Assembly: GCA_934254725.1 (NCBI GenBank)
Contig: CAKQLR010000003.1
Coordinates: 18,754-82,753 of the forward strand
DNA from: an uncultured Clostridia bacterium
Lineage (GTDB): Bacteria; Bacillota; Clostridia; Christensenellales; Borkfalkiaceae
Direction: 5' to 3'
Length of the DNA stretch: 64,000 bases
Part shown: positions 1 through 10,414 of the stretch, piece by piece
Layout: the number at the start of each line of letters is the position of its first letter
Position numbering within the stretch: position 1 is the first letter of the stretch
The notes under the pieces: generated by a model
What the model saw: only the letters and a program-made list of their open reading frames with translations
Told to the model about the DNA's origin: nothing
The model's database searches: none
Program-made: the position numbers and the translations under genes

Positions 1-665
1 GCTATACGTTCTACGGCGGGGTCGTTTGCAAGGTTCGTAAACAGAACCGTTCTTTCTATAGCGCCCGTCTTTCTGAAGTCGTTGATAAAATATTCGGCTT
101 CCTCAAATGTTATACCTACCGCGGCGAAAACTACCGCGAACTTACTGTCGCTGTTTCTTACCTTAGCCTGTCTTGCAATCTGAGCGGCAAGTTCCGCATG
201 GGGAAGTCCGCTCATACTGAACACGGGTAATTTCTGTCCTCTTACGAGAGTATTAAGCCCGTCTATCGCGGAAATACCCGTCTGAATGAACTCGTTGGGG
301 TAATCCCTTGCGGCGGGGTTAATCGGCTCGCCGTTTATGTCAAGTTTCATTTTCGGGATAACCGGCGCGCCGCCGTCACGCGGGTTGCCCATACCGTCGA
401 AAACTCTGCCAAGCATATCTTCCGAAACGGAAAGCTCTATGCTGTGACCTAAAAATCTCGCTTTTGCGGTGGAAATCTGAAGCCCGTGGGAGGATTCGAA
501 AAGCTGAACGACGGCTTTATCTCCGTTTACTTCCAGCACCTTGCCGCGACGGATTCCGTCAACGGTTTCTATTTCTACAAGCTCGTTATATTTAACGCCG
601 TCCACGCCTTCGACGAGCATAAGCGGTCCTACGACTTCTTTAATGGTCTTGTATTCTTTATACAT
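1..665 (-). CDS. ntpB: V-type ATP synthase subunit B, N-terminal ~221 aa; the 3' end runs off the window
   Basis: Absent from the ORF track because it is truncated by the window edge. My own minus-strand translation from the ATG at 665-663 gives [33 protein letters not shown]...[10 protein letters not shown]...[13 protein letters not shown], typical of a V/A-type B subunit. It overlaps the subunit A stop by 8 nt and follows A as in ntp operons. Confidence 0.85.
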   Translation of the reverse strand, partial: MYKEYKTIKEVVGPLMLVEGVDGVKYNELVEIETVDGIRRGKVLEVNGDKAVVQLFESSHGLQISTAKARFLGHSIELSVSEDMLGRVFDGMGNPRDGGAPVIPKMKLDINGEPINPAARDYPNEFIQTGISAIDGLNTLVRGQKLPVFSMSGLPHAELAAQIARQAKVRNSDSKFAVVFAAVGITFEEAEYFINDFRKTGAIERTVLFTNLANDPAVERI

Positions 666-2424
666 TGTCCGAGCCTCCTTCTTTAAGCGCAGTCATCTCG
701 CTGTTTAAAAGCGAAAGAATTTCGTCAAACTGACCGAGGTCGTCCTCAGGTATATATTTTGCCCTGCCTATCTTTTCCTTGGAGACGGAATTGAGAATAT
801 CGTCGAGGTCGGCGTAGTTATCCACAGCCTCGCCCGCAAGGCGATTGAATTCGTATATAATTTTAAGCATAAGATACTGCTTTTTAAGCGAAGCGTAAGT
901 ATCCGTTTCGTGGAAGGCGTTCTGATGCAGGAAGTCCTCCCTTACAATCTTAGCAGTTTCCATAGTGATACGGTCTCTCGAAGAGAGCGCGTCTATACCT
1001 ACAAGACGAACTATTTCGTCAAGTTCGGCTTCTTCCTGAAGTATCTTCATAATGAAAGCGCGCAGCGTAAAGTAATCGGAAGCCACGTTTTCGTCATACC
1101 AATCGGCAAGCCTGTCCGCATAGAGAGAATAACTTATCATCCAGTCGATTGCGGGGAAGTGTCTTTTGTATGCGAGCGAAGCCGAAAGCCCCCAGAACAC
1201 CTTTACTATACGCAAGGTTGCCTGAGCGACAGGCTCTGAAAGGTCGCCGCCCGGAGGAGATACCGCGCCTATCGCGGTTATCGAACCGGTCTTACCCTCT
1301 TTGCCGAGCACTTTGACGATACCCGCTCTCTCGTAAAACTCCGCAAGTCTGCCCGAAAGATAAGCGGGGTAGCCTTCGTCGCCGGGCATTTCTTCAAGAC
1401 GACCGGACATTTCCCTCAAAGCTTCCGCCCATCTGGAAGTGGAGTCCGCCATGATAGCCACGTTGTAGCCCATATCGCGGAAGTACTCCGCAATCGTTAT
1501 ACCCGTGTAAATGGAAGCCTCTCTCGCGGCAACGGGCATATCCGAAGTATTCGCTATAAGAACGGTACGCTTCATAAGCGGTTCGCCTGTTTTCGGGTCT
1601 TTAAGTTCGGGGAACTCGTTTAAAACGTCGGTCATTTCGTTACCGCGCTCGCCGCAGCCGACGTAAACTATAATTTCCGCGTCCGCCCACTTTGCAAGTT
1701 GGTGCTGAACTACCGTTTTGCCGCTTCCGAAAGGACCTGGTACCGCCGCAACGCCGCCCTTCGCCACGGGGAAGAGCGTATCTATAACCCTTTGACCCGT
1801 AACCATAGGCATCGACGGGGTAAGTTTTTCGGCATAAGGTCTTGCCTTTCTTACCGGCCACTTCCTGAGCATCGAAATTTTCTTTTCTCCGCTGTCTGTG
1901 GAAAGAGTAGCTACGGTGTCAACTATGGTAAATTCGCCGTCGTGGCAGGAAAGCACTTTTCCCTTTATTCCGAACGGCACGGTTATATAATGTTTTACCG
2001 CCTTGGTTTCCTGAACGAAACCGAGTACGTCGCCCGCGACAAGCTCCTCGCCGACCTTACAGGTGGCTACGAACTGCCACTTCTTTTCGTGGTCCAGATT
2101 GTTTACCGAAATACCCCTCGAAATTCTGTCGCCGTACTTCTGAACAAGCGTTACGAGCGGGCGTTGTATTCCGTCGAATATCCCCTCGATAAGTCCGGGG
2201 GCAAGTTCTACGGAAAGAGGTTCGCCCGTGCTTTCCACGACTTCGCCGGGCCCCAGACCGCTCGTTTCCTCGTAAACCTGAATGGAAGCTTTATCGCCCC
2301 TCAGCTCTATAACTTCGCCTATGAGCTTCTTGTCCGAAATCCTCACGACGTCGTTCATCTTGCAATCCGCCATATTTTCCGCCACGATAAGCGGGCCGGA
2401 TACCTTTACTACTTTTCCTTGCAT
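658..2424 (-). CDS. ntpA: V-type ATP synthase catalytic subunit A
   Basis: 588 aa. It has the Walker A motif GPFGSGKTV and A-subunit-specific non-homologous-region sequence. It sits in operon context between F and B. Confidence 0.95.
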   Translation of the reverse strand: MQGKVVKVSGPLIVAENMADCKMNDVVRISDKKLIGEVIELRGDKASIQVYEETSGLGPGEVVESTGEPLSVELAPGLIEGIFDGIQRPLVTLVQKYGDRISRGISVNNLDHEKKWQFVATCKVGEELVAGDVLGFVQETKAVKHYITVPFGIKGKVLSCHDGEFTIVDTVATLSTDSGEKKISMLRKWPVRKARPYAEKLTPSMPMVTGQRVIDTLFPVAKGGVAAVPGPFGSGKTVVQHQLAKWADAEIIVYVGCGERGNEMTDVLNEFPELKDPKTGEPLMKRTVLIANTSDMPVAAREASIYTGITIAEYFRDMGYNVAIMADSTSRWAEALREMSGRLEEMPGDEGYPAYLSGRLAEFYERAGIVKVLGKEGKTGSITAIGAVSPPGGDLSEPVAQATLRIVKVFWGLSASLAYKRHFPAIDWMISYSLYADRLADWYDENVASDYFTLRAFIMKILQEEAELDEIVRLVGIDALSSRDRITMETAKIVREDFLHQNAFHETDTYASLKKQYLMLKIIYEFNRLAGEAVDNYADLDDILNSVSKEKIGRAKYIPEDDLGQFDEILSLLNSEMTALKEGGSDNV

Positions 2425-2512
2425 TTACGTCCTCCCGATGAAGGTCTTTTTCTGTTTGAAATATATTGTTTATGCGCGTTTTACGTGGTTTTTATCTAAC
2501 CCGAAAAACATT

Positions 2513-2833
2513 TTACTTTTTGTCTTTAAATAGAATATCTATGCCGAGGGCTTTCTCCGAAGCTTTCCTCAGCTCCTCCATACCGAAGCCTGTGCTTCCT
2601 TTTTTGGAGGGTATGCTCAGTATAGCAGGGTAAGGCGTTTCGTTAAAGCGCTTTAAAAAATCGCCGAGAGCCTCGGCAAGCTCCTCGGTCAGAAATATAA
2701 CCGAGTACTCCTTGGCTATCTGCCTTAAAATTTCTTTAGCTTTCTTTTCGTCCTCCGCGCCGAAAGCGTCAACCCCCGCCGCTTTAAAAACGAGAACGCT
2801 GTCGTTATCGCCGACTACCGCCATTTTGTTCAT
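2513..2833 (-). CDS. ntpG: V-type ATP synthase subunit F (NtpG in E. hirae nomenclature)
   Basis: 106 aa starting MNKMAVVGDNDSVLVFKAAGVDAF, a typical V-type F subunit N-terminus. It lies directly upstream of subunit A. Confidence 0.85.
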   Translation of the reverse strand: MNKMAVVGDNDSVLVFKAAGVDAFGAEDEKKAKEILRQIAKEYSVIFLTEELAEALGDFLKRFNETPYPAILSIPSKKGSTGFGMEELRKASEKALGIDILFKDKK

Positions 2834-2867
2834 AATGTTCTCTCCGGAAACACCGTTTTATAAACGG

Positions 2868-3869
2868 CTATTTTGTTTTTCTGAGCCTATCTTTTATTTG
2901 TTTTGCGTCAAGCCCGGCATTCAGGCACACCATTACTATACGCGCGTTTTTTATTTCCGCACGGCGGGTGTAAACGTAACCGATAAACGGCTGCGCGCCT
3001 TTCATATCGTAACGCGTCAGCCCGAGCAGCTCAACGGGATAATCGTCCGCCTGCTTTTCAAAAGTCCTCAGCGGTTGCCCGTTGTTCTTTTCCCTGACAG
3101 CCGAAACGACCCTTTCGTCAAACGAGGGCAGGCTGTTGCTTATCTGCTTGATCTTTTTATTGAAAGTTCCGCCGCTTAAAATTTCTTCCTCGCCGAGCGT
3201 TCTGAGTCTTATAAACTCTTCTAGCGGAACTCTCCCGCCCGTGACGAACGCCTGTTTAAGCGCGTTATCATCCGCACATCTTAATGCGGAAGAAAGATTT
3301 GCGCTGTCGGCTCTGTCCTGCAAAATCCGTTTTAATTCAAGGCTTTTTGCATTCTGATTAAGATAGACGAACAACTGCCTTTTAAACGCGCAATCTACCT
3401 TGAAGCCGTCGGCTTCGCCCTTTTTATAAAGTTCGGCGCATTCGATTATCGCTGCCGAAAGAGCCGCGGGAAGCTTGGAATAATCCTCTTTTTCGACGCA
3501 TTCTTTAAGCGTAACCTTGGGGATAAACCCGTCCGCGCTTGCAATGCGCCACTCGTCCGCGCCGAAGTATTTGCTTTTTAAGAAAGCCTCCGCATTGTGA
3601 AAATCATAATCGGCAAGCAGAAATCTTTCCGTTTTTTCGTCGGTGGAATACTCGCGGACAAAATCGTTTACGCGCTCTTCCTCCGTACGGAAAAGCCCCT
3701 CGCTGAGCGAAGGATTATCGCAGTCCGCGCCACCGCCGAAGCCGCTTTCCTTCAGAATATTCAACGCTTCGACAGGCGTGCTTTCAGCCATTTTTTCAAT
3801 TTTACCGCCGAGCAAATCCCTCTCGCGCGATTTTATCACACCGTTTGTGAACGCAACGTCATAACGCAT
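2868..3869 (-). CDS. ntpC: V-type ATP synthase subunit C (d-type central stalk/rotor coupling subunit)
   Basis: 333 aa helical protein. Its size and its position between E and F match the ntp operon order. Confidence 0.8.
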   Translation of the reverse strand: MRYDVAFTNGVIKSRERDLLGGKIEKMAESTPVEALNILKESGFGGGADCDNPSLSEGLFRTEEERVNDFVREYSTDEKTERFLLADYDFHNAEAFLKSKYFGADEWRIASADGFIPKVTLKECVEKEDYSKLPAALSAAIIECAELYKKGEADGFKVDCAFKRQLFVYLNQNAKSLELKRILQDRADSANLSSALRCADDNALKQAFVTGGRVPLEEFIRLRTLGEEEILSGGTFNKKIKQISNSLPSFDERVVSAVREKNNGQPLRTFEKQADDYPVELLGLTRYDMKGAQPFIGYVYTRRAEIKNARIVMVCLNAGLDAKQIKDRLRKTK

Positions 3870-3920
3870 CGTTTACCTCATATTGCTTTTGCCGCCGCTG
3901 TTTTCAGGCGCGGCATATAC

Positions 3921-4487
3921 TCAGCCGAAAAGCTTTCCGGCGATTTCCGCTTGCTTTTTTTCTTTTTCCAAAGCGATAAGAGCCTCGAAAGTAAGGTTCT
4001 TATCCGTCTTTTCATTGGCGAGAATCACCCCGCCGGCAAACGAAGCAATCTTTCCCGTTTTTAAAGAAAGTGCCTTTATCGCAGGTAAAGCGTTAATTTT
4101 TTCGCGGTAGCGACAGGAAGCGGACAGAATAAGCTCGTCGCCTTCCTCCGCGTACTTTTCAATCAATCGGCTGCACAGTTCGACGTAATCCTTCTCCGGA
4201 AGCTTCGTAAGCTTATCGAGAGCTAAAGCGAAAACTTCGTCCAGAATATCGCGTTTCGCGCCGAGAATGAGCTTATTGCAATCAAGCCTTGCGTTGATTT
4301 TTCTCTTTTCCACGTAGTCGCTGTTTTTCTTTTCAAGAAGCTCGAACTGCTCTTTCCGTGTATTTTCGGCTTGTATCTCCGCATTTTTCAGCGTGTCCGC
4401 AGCCGCGCGTTCGGCGTCCGCAACCGTAAGGTTAGCCTTAGCCTCCGCGTCAGCAATAATTTTTTCGATTATGGGATTCTCTTTCAT
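3921..4487 (-). CDS. ntpE: V-type ATP synthase subunit E (peripheral stalk)
   Basis: 188 aa with a charged coiled-coil N-terminus (IIADAEAKANLTVADAERAAAD...). Position is between K and C. Confidence 0.8.
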   Translation of the reverse strand: MKENPIIEKIIADAEAKANLTVADAERAAADTLKNAEIQAENTRKEQFELLEKKNSDYVEKRKINARLDCNKLILGAKRDILDEVFALALDKLTKLPEKDYVELCSRLIEKYAEEGDELILSASCRYREKINALPAIKALSLKTGKIASFAGGVILANEKTDKNLTFEALIALEKEKKQAEIAGKLFG

Positions 4488-4903
4488 TACTGTATAAGAA
4501 TGGAAACAACGAGTGAGAGTATCGCGTAGGTTTCAATCATAGCGGGGAACAGCAAAAGTTTACCCGAGAGAGTTTCCTGCTTTGCAACCGCGTAAATACA
4601 GTTAGCTGCGGTTATGCCCTGGAATATAGCGGAAACCAAGCCCGTAACTGCCATAGGCATTACTTTTGCGAAAAGCTCCCAACCGGTTAACCCTGCCGAT
4701 ACGCCTAAAATGGAGATAACGAAGCCGTAAATACCCTGCGTTGCGGGGAGAACTACGAGTATCATTACCTTACTGAACTTTTTGGGGTCTTCGGAAAGTA
4801 CGCCCGCCGCCGCGGTGCCCGCTTTGTAAAGGCCGATGGACGAGCCGAGTCCGCACAGAATCATACACAGTGCCAGTCCGAAAAATCCGATTGCTTTTTC
4901 CAT
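4487..4903 (-). CDS. ntpK: V-type ATP synthase subunit K (proteolipid c-ring subunit)
   Basis: Four-TM proteolipid. I trimmed the ORF (4487..4975) to the ATG at 4903 (MEKAIGFFGLAL...), which has GGAGG 11 nt upstream. Motifs PATQGIYGF, SAIFQG and AMIETYAIL are present. Confidence 0.85.
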   Translation of the reverse strand: MEKAIGFFGLALCMILCGLGSSIGLYKAGTAAAGVLSEDPKKFSKVMILVVLPATQGIYGFVISILGVSAGLTGWELFAKVMPMAVTGLVSAIFQGITAANCIYAVAKQETLSGKLLLFPAMIETYAILSLVVSILIQ

Positions 4904-5040
4904 ATTGTTTATTTCCTCCGTTTGCCTTATTATAAGGCTTTTGTTTATGATTTTTTTGCCGTCTATCGCCTGCATTTACGCAGTTAATGCGCGATATACG
5001 GGCTTTTTACTTTTATAAATCCCGAAAATCGGGAACGGTT

Positions 5041-7044
5041 TTACTTTAAATAAACGTACTTGCGGTTGCTGCCGAGGGGAGCGAAAAGTTCTCCGTCACC
5101 CGTGTAAAACCTTGAGAAGTATTCTATATACTGCAACCTTGCGTCGTGGATGTACGCCCCGAGAATGTTCATTGCAAGATTGAAAACGTGACCTATAATT
5201 ATAATGAGAACGCCTAAAGCAGCAAGCACGGGATTGCCGCCGTTTATAAGCAACATTCCCTGCCCCGAAACTATCTGAGCGATTACCGCGCCGGAAAGCA
5301 TAAGCCCGTAAAGCCTTGCGTAGCTTAAGATATCCGAAAGGTAATTGATTACGCCGTACACCGCGCCGAAGCCCTTGGTGAACTTGCCTAAGCCTTTTTC
5401 GTGCATGCCTGCCGTTACCGCCGCTATAAACAGCGCAACTACGGCAACTATTCCGCCGGGCATTGCAAGGTACGGCATGTTCAGCTGTTCTATAAGCCCC
5501 AACACCATAACAGCCATTCCGCCGAGGAATACAACCCAGATAAGCCCGAAAAATATTCCGTCCGCAATCCTGCCCTTTTTAAATTCGCTGTACGCCCTGA
5601 ACGCGTTGGAAGCCATTAACTGTACCACGCCCATTCCGAGAGCTATAAGAAGTACCGACGGAACGGTTATGCCTGCAAGAGAAGCGAAATCCTTAGTCGC
5701 GTCCGGCAAAATAGCCTTCGGCAGGAACGAAACGGCAAATTGATTGCTGTCTGTCGGCGACGAAGAAAAACCAAAGTACGAACCGAACAGCACGCCGAAC
5801 AATATCGTGAACAAACCGCCTATGCCTATTACGTTGGCAAGGCGTTTCATGCCCGTATCGCGCTTTATTGTGGAAGCGTAAATAAATCCGCCCAACGCCA
5901 TAAGCAAGCCGTAGCCCGCGTCGCCCATAATAAACCCTAAGAATATGCTGAAGAATATACTCATTACGGGATTCGGGTCCTGTTCGCGATAGTTGGGTGC
6001 GGAGTACATATTCGTAACGAACTCGAAGTTCTTTACCACTTTATTGTTCTTCATAAGCGTGGGGGGCATTTCGTCCTTATCCACGTCGAAGAACTCGTAA
6101 CAAACGTACTCCGTACAATTATTAAGCGCGTCGGCAACCTTTTTCTGTCCGTCCTTAGGAACATAAGCTTCCAGAACGAAACTCGTGGCGGTGCCGGGCG
6201 CCATCTCCATAGCGTTTATCTTTTCTATTTCAAACGCGTAGTAATCTGCGAGGATTTTCATAGAACTAAGCTCGTCCTTAAACGAAACAAGTTCTTTCTC
6301 CGCCTCGGCTATCTCTTTCGTTAAAACGGAAATTTCCTTTTGATTGTACGCTTTAAGTTTTTCGGCGGTATCTTCGCCCGCAAACGGGCAACGCTGGAAG
6401 CCTATGGAATTGAGAAAAGGCAGAACGTTCTCCGCATTATCCCTGTGCGCGGCAACCACCACGGCGGTAAAATCCGAGAGACTCTCCCATTCCTCGTAGT
6501 CGGTAGCTTCCTCCCCGTCGATAAACGCCTTGAACTCGTTTAATCTGTCGGTCGGTATTGCGCCGAAGTACACTTTTGCAAGTTTCGTATCGGTAAACTG
6601 GCAGAACTTCTCCTTTACGTTCATGTAAGGTTCAAGTTGCTTAATAGTGGTTTCCGCCTGCGTTATAGAATTTTTGCAGGCAAAAATCTTATCGTTTACC
6701 CCCTTAACCCGACCGACAAGGTCAAGCACCATCTGCTCGTCCTCGCCTGCGGAAGTAAAGCGTTTAAACTCCACTTCTACCTCGCCGCCTACCTTTTCCT
6801 TGCCCTTGTGCTCCTTAAGGTACCTTTCCGCATATGAAGAAACAAACTCTATGCACTCGTTCAGCTCGGAAAGTTTCTTTTCCAGAGCCTCTTTCCTTTC
6901 GGGCTCGCGGATAAGTTCGGTATCGGGCAGAAGCTCCGTCCCTTTCACCTCGGCAAGTCCGGTGGAAGCGAGCGCGTTAAGAATAACGTCTCTTTCCTTT
7001 GTAAGTCCCGCAAGTTTAAGACGGGACATTTCAGCAATTGCCAC
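5041..7044 (-). CDS. ntpI: V-type ATP synthase subunit I (a-type stator/membrane subunit)
   Basis: 667 aa with a soluble coiled-coil N-terminal half and a polytopic C-terminal half ending ...ARLYGLMLSG...HDARLQYIEYFSRFY, typical of the I/a subunit. Confidence 0.9.
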   Translation of the reverse strand: MAIAEMSRLKLAGLTKERDVILNALASTGLAEVKGTELLPDTELIREPERKEALEKKLSELNECIEFVSSYAERYLKEHKGKEKVGGEVEVEFKRFTSAGEDEQMVLDLVGRVKGVNDKIFACKNSITQAETTIKQLEPYMNVKEKFCQFTDTKLAKVYFGAIPTDRLNEFKAFIDGEEATDYEEWESLSDFTAVVVAAHRDNAENVLPFLNSIGFQRCPFAGEDTAEKLKAYNQKEISVLTKEIAEAEKELVSFKDELSSMKILADYYAFEIEKINAMEMAPGTATSFVLEAYVPKDGQKKVADALNNCTEYVCYEFFDVDKDEMPPTLMKNNKVVKNFEFVTNMYSAPNYREQDPNPVMSIFFSIFLGFIMGDAGYGLLMALGGFIYASTIKRDTGMKRLANVIGIGGLFTILFGVLFGSYFGFSSSPTDSNQFAVSFLPKAILPDATKDFASLAGITVPSVLLIALGMGVVQLMASNAFRAYSEFKKGRIADGIFFGLIWVVFLGGMAVMVLGLIEQLNMPYLAMPGGIVAVVALFIAAVTAGMHEKGLGKFTKGFGAVYGVINYLSDILSYARLYGLMLSGAVIAQIVSGQGMLLINGGNPVLAALGVLIIIIGHVFNLAMNILGAYIHDARLQYIEYFSRFYTGDGELFAPLGSNRKYVYLK

Positions 7045-7363
7045 TTAAAACACCTCTCGCAATTTCTTCGGCGAATTTTTCTACGCTTTTCACGCTTTCG
7101 TACTTAAGGTTCTGCGCCTCTTTTTTACCTTCGAGAAGAATCTCGTTATAGATTTCTTCCGCAAGGGCTTTTGTTTTTTCCGTTTCGATTGAGAGATCCT
7201 CTCTCAGCTTAACGTCTGCGGCTTTAAGCTGTTCGCCCGCCTTTACGCGCGCCTCGTCCGATATGCTCTGAGCGCGAACGGACGCTTCCGCAGTTATTTC
7301 CGAAGCCCTCTGTTCGGCTTCCAATATTGAAGATACAAGCTCGTTTATCATACGCCGCTCCAA
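7031..7363 (-). CDS. ntpF: V-type ATP synthase subunit G/H (small peripheral stalk subunit; NtpF in E. hirae nomenclature)
   Basis: 110 aa charged helical protein. It is the first gene of the operon and overlaps the ntpI start by 14 nt. Confidence 0.7.
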   Translation of the reverse strand: MERRMINELVSSILEAEQRASEITAEASVRAQSISDEARVKAGEQLKAADVKLREDLSIETEKTKALAEEIYNEILLEGKKEAQNLKYESVKSVEKFAEEIARGVLSGNC

Positions 7364-7552
7364 ACTGTGTATTGATTTTATTCTAATACTTTCGCTTTAA
7401 GTAAATGTTAACTTTATATTATATTAATAAAGATTGTAAGAACCTCTATCGGCTTAATTGTAGCACAAAGAAAAAATTTTTTCAAACATTTGCACGAGAT
7501 TTTTTACAATAAAAAAGCGGCGCGGAGTATATTAACTCTTTGCCGCCGAGTT

Positions 7553-8401
7553 TTATTTTTTAATATACAGTACACCGAGCGTGCCCTGTCCGCAGTGGCT
7601 GGTTACAACGCAGCCTGCCGTGGTAACTTCTATGTCATTAAACGAAAACTTTTCTTTTACCTTTTCCTTGATAAGCTCCACAATATCGTCCGAGCAATGC
7701 GAGTGAGTGATGAAAACCCTCGTATCGTCGTAATCGGGGTAATCTACGGCAAGGTCGTCAACGTACGAGCCGATGCAACGCTTGAGATTGCCCATATACT
7801 TTTTCCTTACGGCAAGCTTTCCGTCAGCCATAAAAATCGAAGGGTGAATCTTCAGAATTTTAGAAACTACTGCGGCTGCGGCGGTACATCTGCCGCCTTT
7901 ATAAAGATAGTCTACGGTGTCTACGACGAAAGACGTCTGTACCTTGTCGGTGAGAGATAAAACGGTGTTGTAAATATATTCCGCGTTTCTGCCCTCAGCA
8001 AGAAGGTCGCACGCTTTTAATGCGAGAAGCCCTTGCCCCGTGGAAAGCTGACGGGTATCTACGACGAGAACTCTTCCGTCGAAGTCTTTTGCCGCTTCAA
8101 CGGCGTTAGCATTCGACGACGAGCATTCCGCCGATATGTTGAAATGGATTACCGTTTCTGCGTCTTCCAGCTGACGGCTGAAAAACGATTTATACTCTTC
8201 CACCGCGCACGCGCTTGTCTTAGGCAGAATGTTGGTCTTTTTCACGTACTCGAAAATATCCTGCGGGGTTGCGTCCACACCGTCGCGGTATTCGTTGTCA
8301 CCGAGCAAAACGTGAAGCGGCGATACTCTTATATCGTTTTTTTCGATCAGTCCTTTGGACAAATCGGCTGTGCTGTCCACGGTAATAACTACGTTTTTCA
8401 T
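7553..8401 (-). CDS. DegV family fatty-acid-binding protein
   Basis: 282 aa with ITVDSTADL near the N-terminus, and TSACAVEEY and GGRCTAAAA-type DegV motifs. Confidence 0.9.
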   Translation of the reverse strand: MKNVVITVDSTADLSKGLIEKNDIRVSPLHVLLGDNEYRDGVDATPQDIFEYVKKTNILPKTSACAVEEYKSFFSRQLEDAETVIHFNISAECSSSNANAVEAAKDFDGRVLVVDTRQLSTGQGLLALKACDLLAEGRNAEYIYNTVLSLTDKVQTSFVVDTVDYLYKGGRCTAAAAVVSKILKIHPSIFMADGKLAVRKKYMGNLKRCIGSYVDDLAVDYPDYDDTRVFITHSHCSDDIVELIKEKVKEKFSFNDIEVTTAGCVVTSHCGQGTLGVLYIKK

Positions 8402-8554
8402 TTAAAAAGTCTCCTTTTTCTCACGTTATTTAATTTTTTACACCCTAAAACTATTCTTCCGCGCACCGTTTAGCAAAAAAGATTGCAGCCTTTCGATGCG
8501 CAAAAGAATGATTTAAAGATGATATTTACTTTGTGTTTATATCCGAAAAAATTT

Positions 8555-9490
8555 TCAGACGTTTTTCGTCATAATCTTTTTGAATATGGAATGGCGATCT
8601 TTTTTATCGTTTACGGGCTGAGCCTCTTTTTCTACCTTGGTTTCGCCCTCGATATACAGAAAACCTATTGCGTTCGGACCTGCGTGTACGGCAACCGTCG
8701 CGCCCGCTTCGGTAACGATTATCTCTTTGAATTTAAACAGTTCCTTAACCTTTTTGACGACCGCGGAGACGATTTCTTCCGAACACCCGCTGTGAGTGAT
8801 AAACGCCCGTTTATCGTCGTAACAGGGTACTTTTTCGGCAACGTCCTCCACGTACGAACCGATGCAGCGGGTAAGACTGCCTGCGTATTTTTTCATTAAG
8901 GAAAGCTTACCGTCCTTCATATAAACAGAAGGGTGAATTTTCAATATTTTGCTTATCAGCGCAGCCGCGGCGGTACATCTGCCACCCTTATGAAGGAACT
9001 CCGCAGAATCCACCAGCGTAGAAGTCTGCACTCTGTCCGTCAGGGCAACCGACGCCTCGGCTATTTCGTCGAACGTTCTGCCTTCGTCGCGATAGTCGCA
9101 GGCTTTCAGGACAATAAGTCCCTGCCCTGAGGAAAGATATCTGCTGTCGATAACTTTAACCCTGCCGCAGAACTCTTCCGCCGCGGTGTTCGCATTGAAA
9201 TGCGAACACGAACACTCGGAAGATATGCTGAAGTGTATCAATTTATCTCCGTCCGAGAGATTTTTTTCAAAAAAACATCTGTATTCTTCCTGAGAGCAAG
9301 CGCTCGTTTTAGGAAGATTACCCGTTTGCTTATAATAATCGAATAAATCCTTTAAAGTCACGTCGACTCCGTCGGTATATTCTTTATCGCCTAAAATAAC
9401 GTGCAGCGGAGAAACTCTTATGTCTCTTTTCTTCGCAAGCGACGCGGGTATGTCCGCCGTGCTGTCTGTAGTAATTATAATCTTATTCAT
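8555..9490 (-). CDS. DegV family fatty-acid-binding protein (tandem paralog)
   Basis: The ORF track gives 8555..9586. I trimmed it to Met33 (MNKIIITTDSTADIP) because that aligns with the paralog's N-terminus and avoids overlap with the upstream gene, which ends at 9570. Confidence 0.85.
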   Translation of the reverse strand: MNKIIITTDSTADIPASLAKKRDIRVSPLHVILGDKEYTDGVDVTLKDLFDYYKQTGNLPKTSACSQEEYRCFFEKNLSDGDKLIHFSISSECSCSHFNANTAAEEFCGRVKVIDSRYLSSGQGLIVLKACDYRDEGRTFDEIAEASVALTDRVQTSTLVDSAEFLHKGGRCTAAAALISKILKIHPSVYMKDGKLSLMKKYAGSLTRCIGSYVEDVAEKVPCYDDKRAFITHSGCSEEIVSAVVKKVKELFKFKEIIVTEAGATVAVHAGPNAIGFLYIEGETKVEKEAQPVNDKKDRHSIFKKIMTKNV

Positions 9491-9569
9491 GATGTCTCCT
9501 AATAAAATAATCCCCCGGCACCTTTTATGTATTCCCTTTTTAATTACCGCGTATTTTACATGTTTTACG

Positions 9570-10277
9570 CTACTTTTTAAGAACAAGCCCTTGCTTTGTG
9601 AGCGAGTTTATTACTTCCTCCGCCATAAAGCGATGACCTTGTTCGTTCGGATGAATGCCGTCCTCGCAATAGTTTCTCAAGTATTTTCTGTCGAGCAAGA
9701 ATCCCGACCTGAGGTCGATAATCGGGCAATCGTATTTCGCCGCGCACTTTACGAGTACAAGATTGTAGCACTCCTGAGAGCGAGAAATATTCGTAACGTC
9801 ACCGTCGAAAAACTCCAGAACCTTTTCGCCGTCGGTCACTTTAGAAATAACTTCTCTGAAATATCTTTGAGAATCGACGGGCGGAATTGTCGTTATAATA
9901 ACGTGCACGCCCGCGTTTTGTAATATTGTAATGTTTTCGGACAGAAGCGCTTCGAACTCGTCTATCGGAGTGAAAGGCAAATGCTCCTCGAGCGGGGTTT
10001 TCGCAACTGCAGCCCAATCGTAATCGGCGTCGTTGCCGCCTATACAGAATACGGCGTAGTCACCCTTTTTGCCGCCTTCTTCCAAAAACTTTTTTACTGC
10101 GTTTCTTTCCGTAAGTTTTTTAAGCGTCTGACCGTATTTAGAATAATTCACAACATCAAGCACGTATTCCTCGGCAACGATATTGACCATACTGTCTTTC
10201 AATTTGAGTAATTTTTTGTTTTCGTAAATTATGCCTTTAGATATTGAATCACCGAAAATAGCAACTTTGCTTGCCAT
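9570..10277 (-). CDS. SGNH/GDSL family hydrolase
   Basis: Block I FGDSISKG, block III GGND and block V DGIHPN are all present. Confidence 0.85.
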   Translation of the reverse strand: MASKVAIFGDSISKGIIYENKKLLKLKDSMVNIVAEEYVLDVVNYSKYGQTLKKLTERNAVKKFLEEGGKKGDYAVFCIGGNDADYDWAAVAKTPLEEHLPFTPIDEFEALLSENITILQNAGVHVIITTIPPVDSQRYFREVISKVTDGEKVLEFFDGDVTNISRSQECYNLVLVKCAAKYDCPIIDLRSGFLLDRKYLRNYCEDGIHPNEQGHRFMAEEVINSLTKQGLVLKK

Positions 10278-10414
10278 AAATTATTCCTCCTTCGAGCGGT
10301 TTGCCGCCTGTTATTCCGATGGGTTTCAACGTAAATTATTGCCGATTTCCCCGTCGGTGAAAACACTATACACCAAAGGTTACGAAAAAATCAACCTAAG
10401 AATACCTGTTTTTC

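Noticed and set aside
1699-2499. 266-aa ORF antisense to ntpA. Similar long antisense ORFs occur at 55557..56684 (375 aa), 49255..50004 (249 aa), 26625..27221, 45633..46214 and 53421..53990.
   Set aside because: Each lies entirely within, and opposite to, a gene with a clear family signature. The translations are Arg/Phe/Val-rich and low-complexity, with no recognisable motifs or ribosome binding sites. This is the usual shadow-ORF pattern.
8555-9586. N-terminal extensions in the ORF track, at 8555..9586, 4487..4975, 13661.., 51596.. and ..36281.
   Set aside because: The upstream in-frame residues lack homology to paralogs, overlap neighbouring genes or have no ribosome binding site. Internal ATGs with good Shine-Dalgarno sequences and signal-peptide or paralog-consistent N-termini were preferred.
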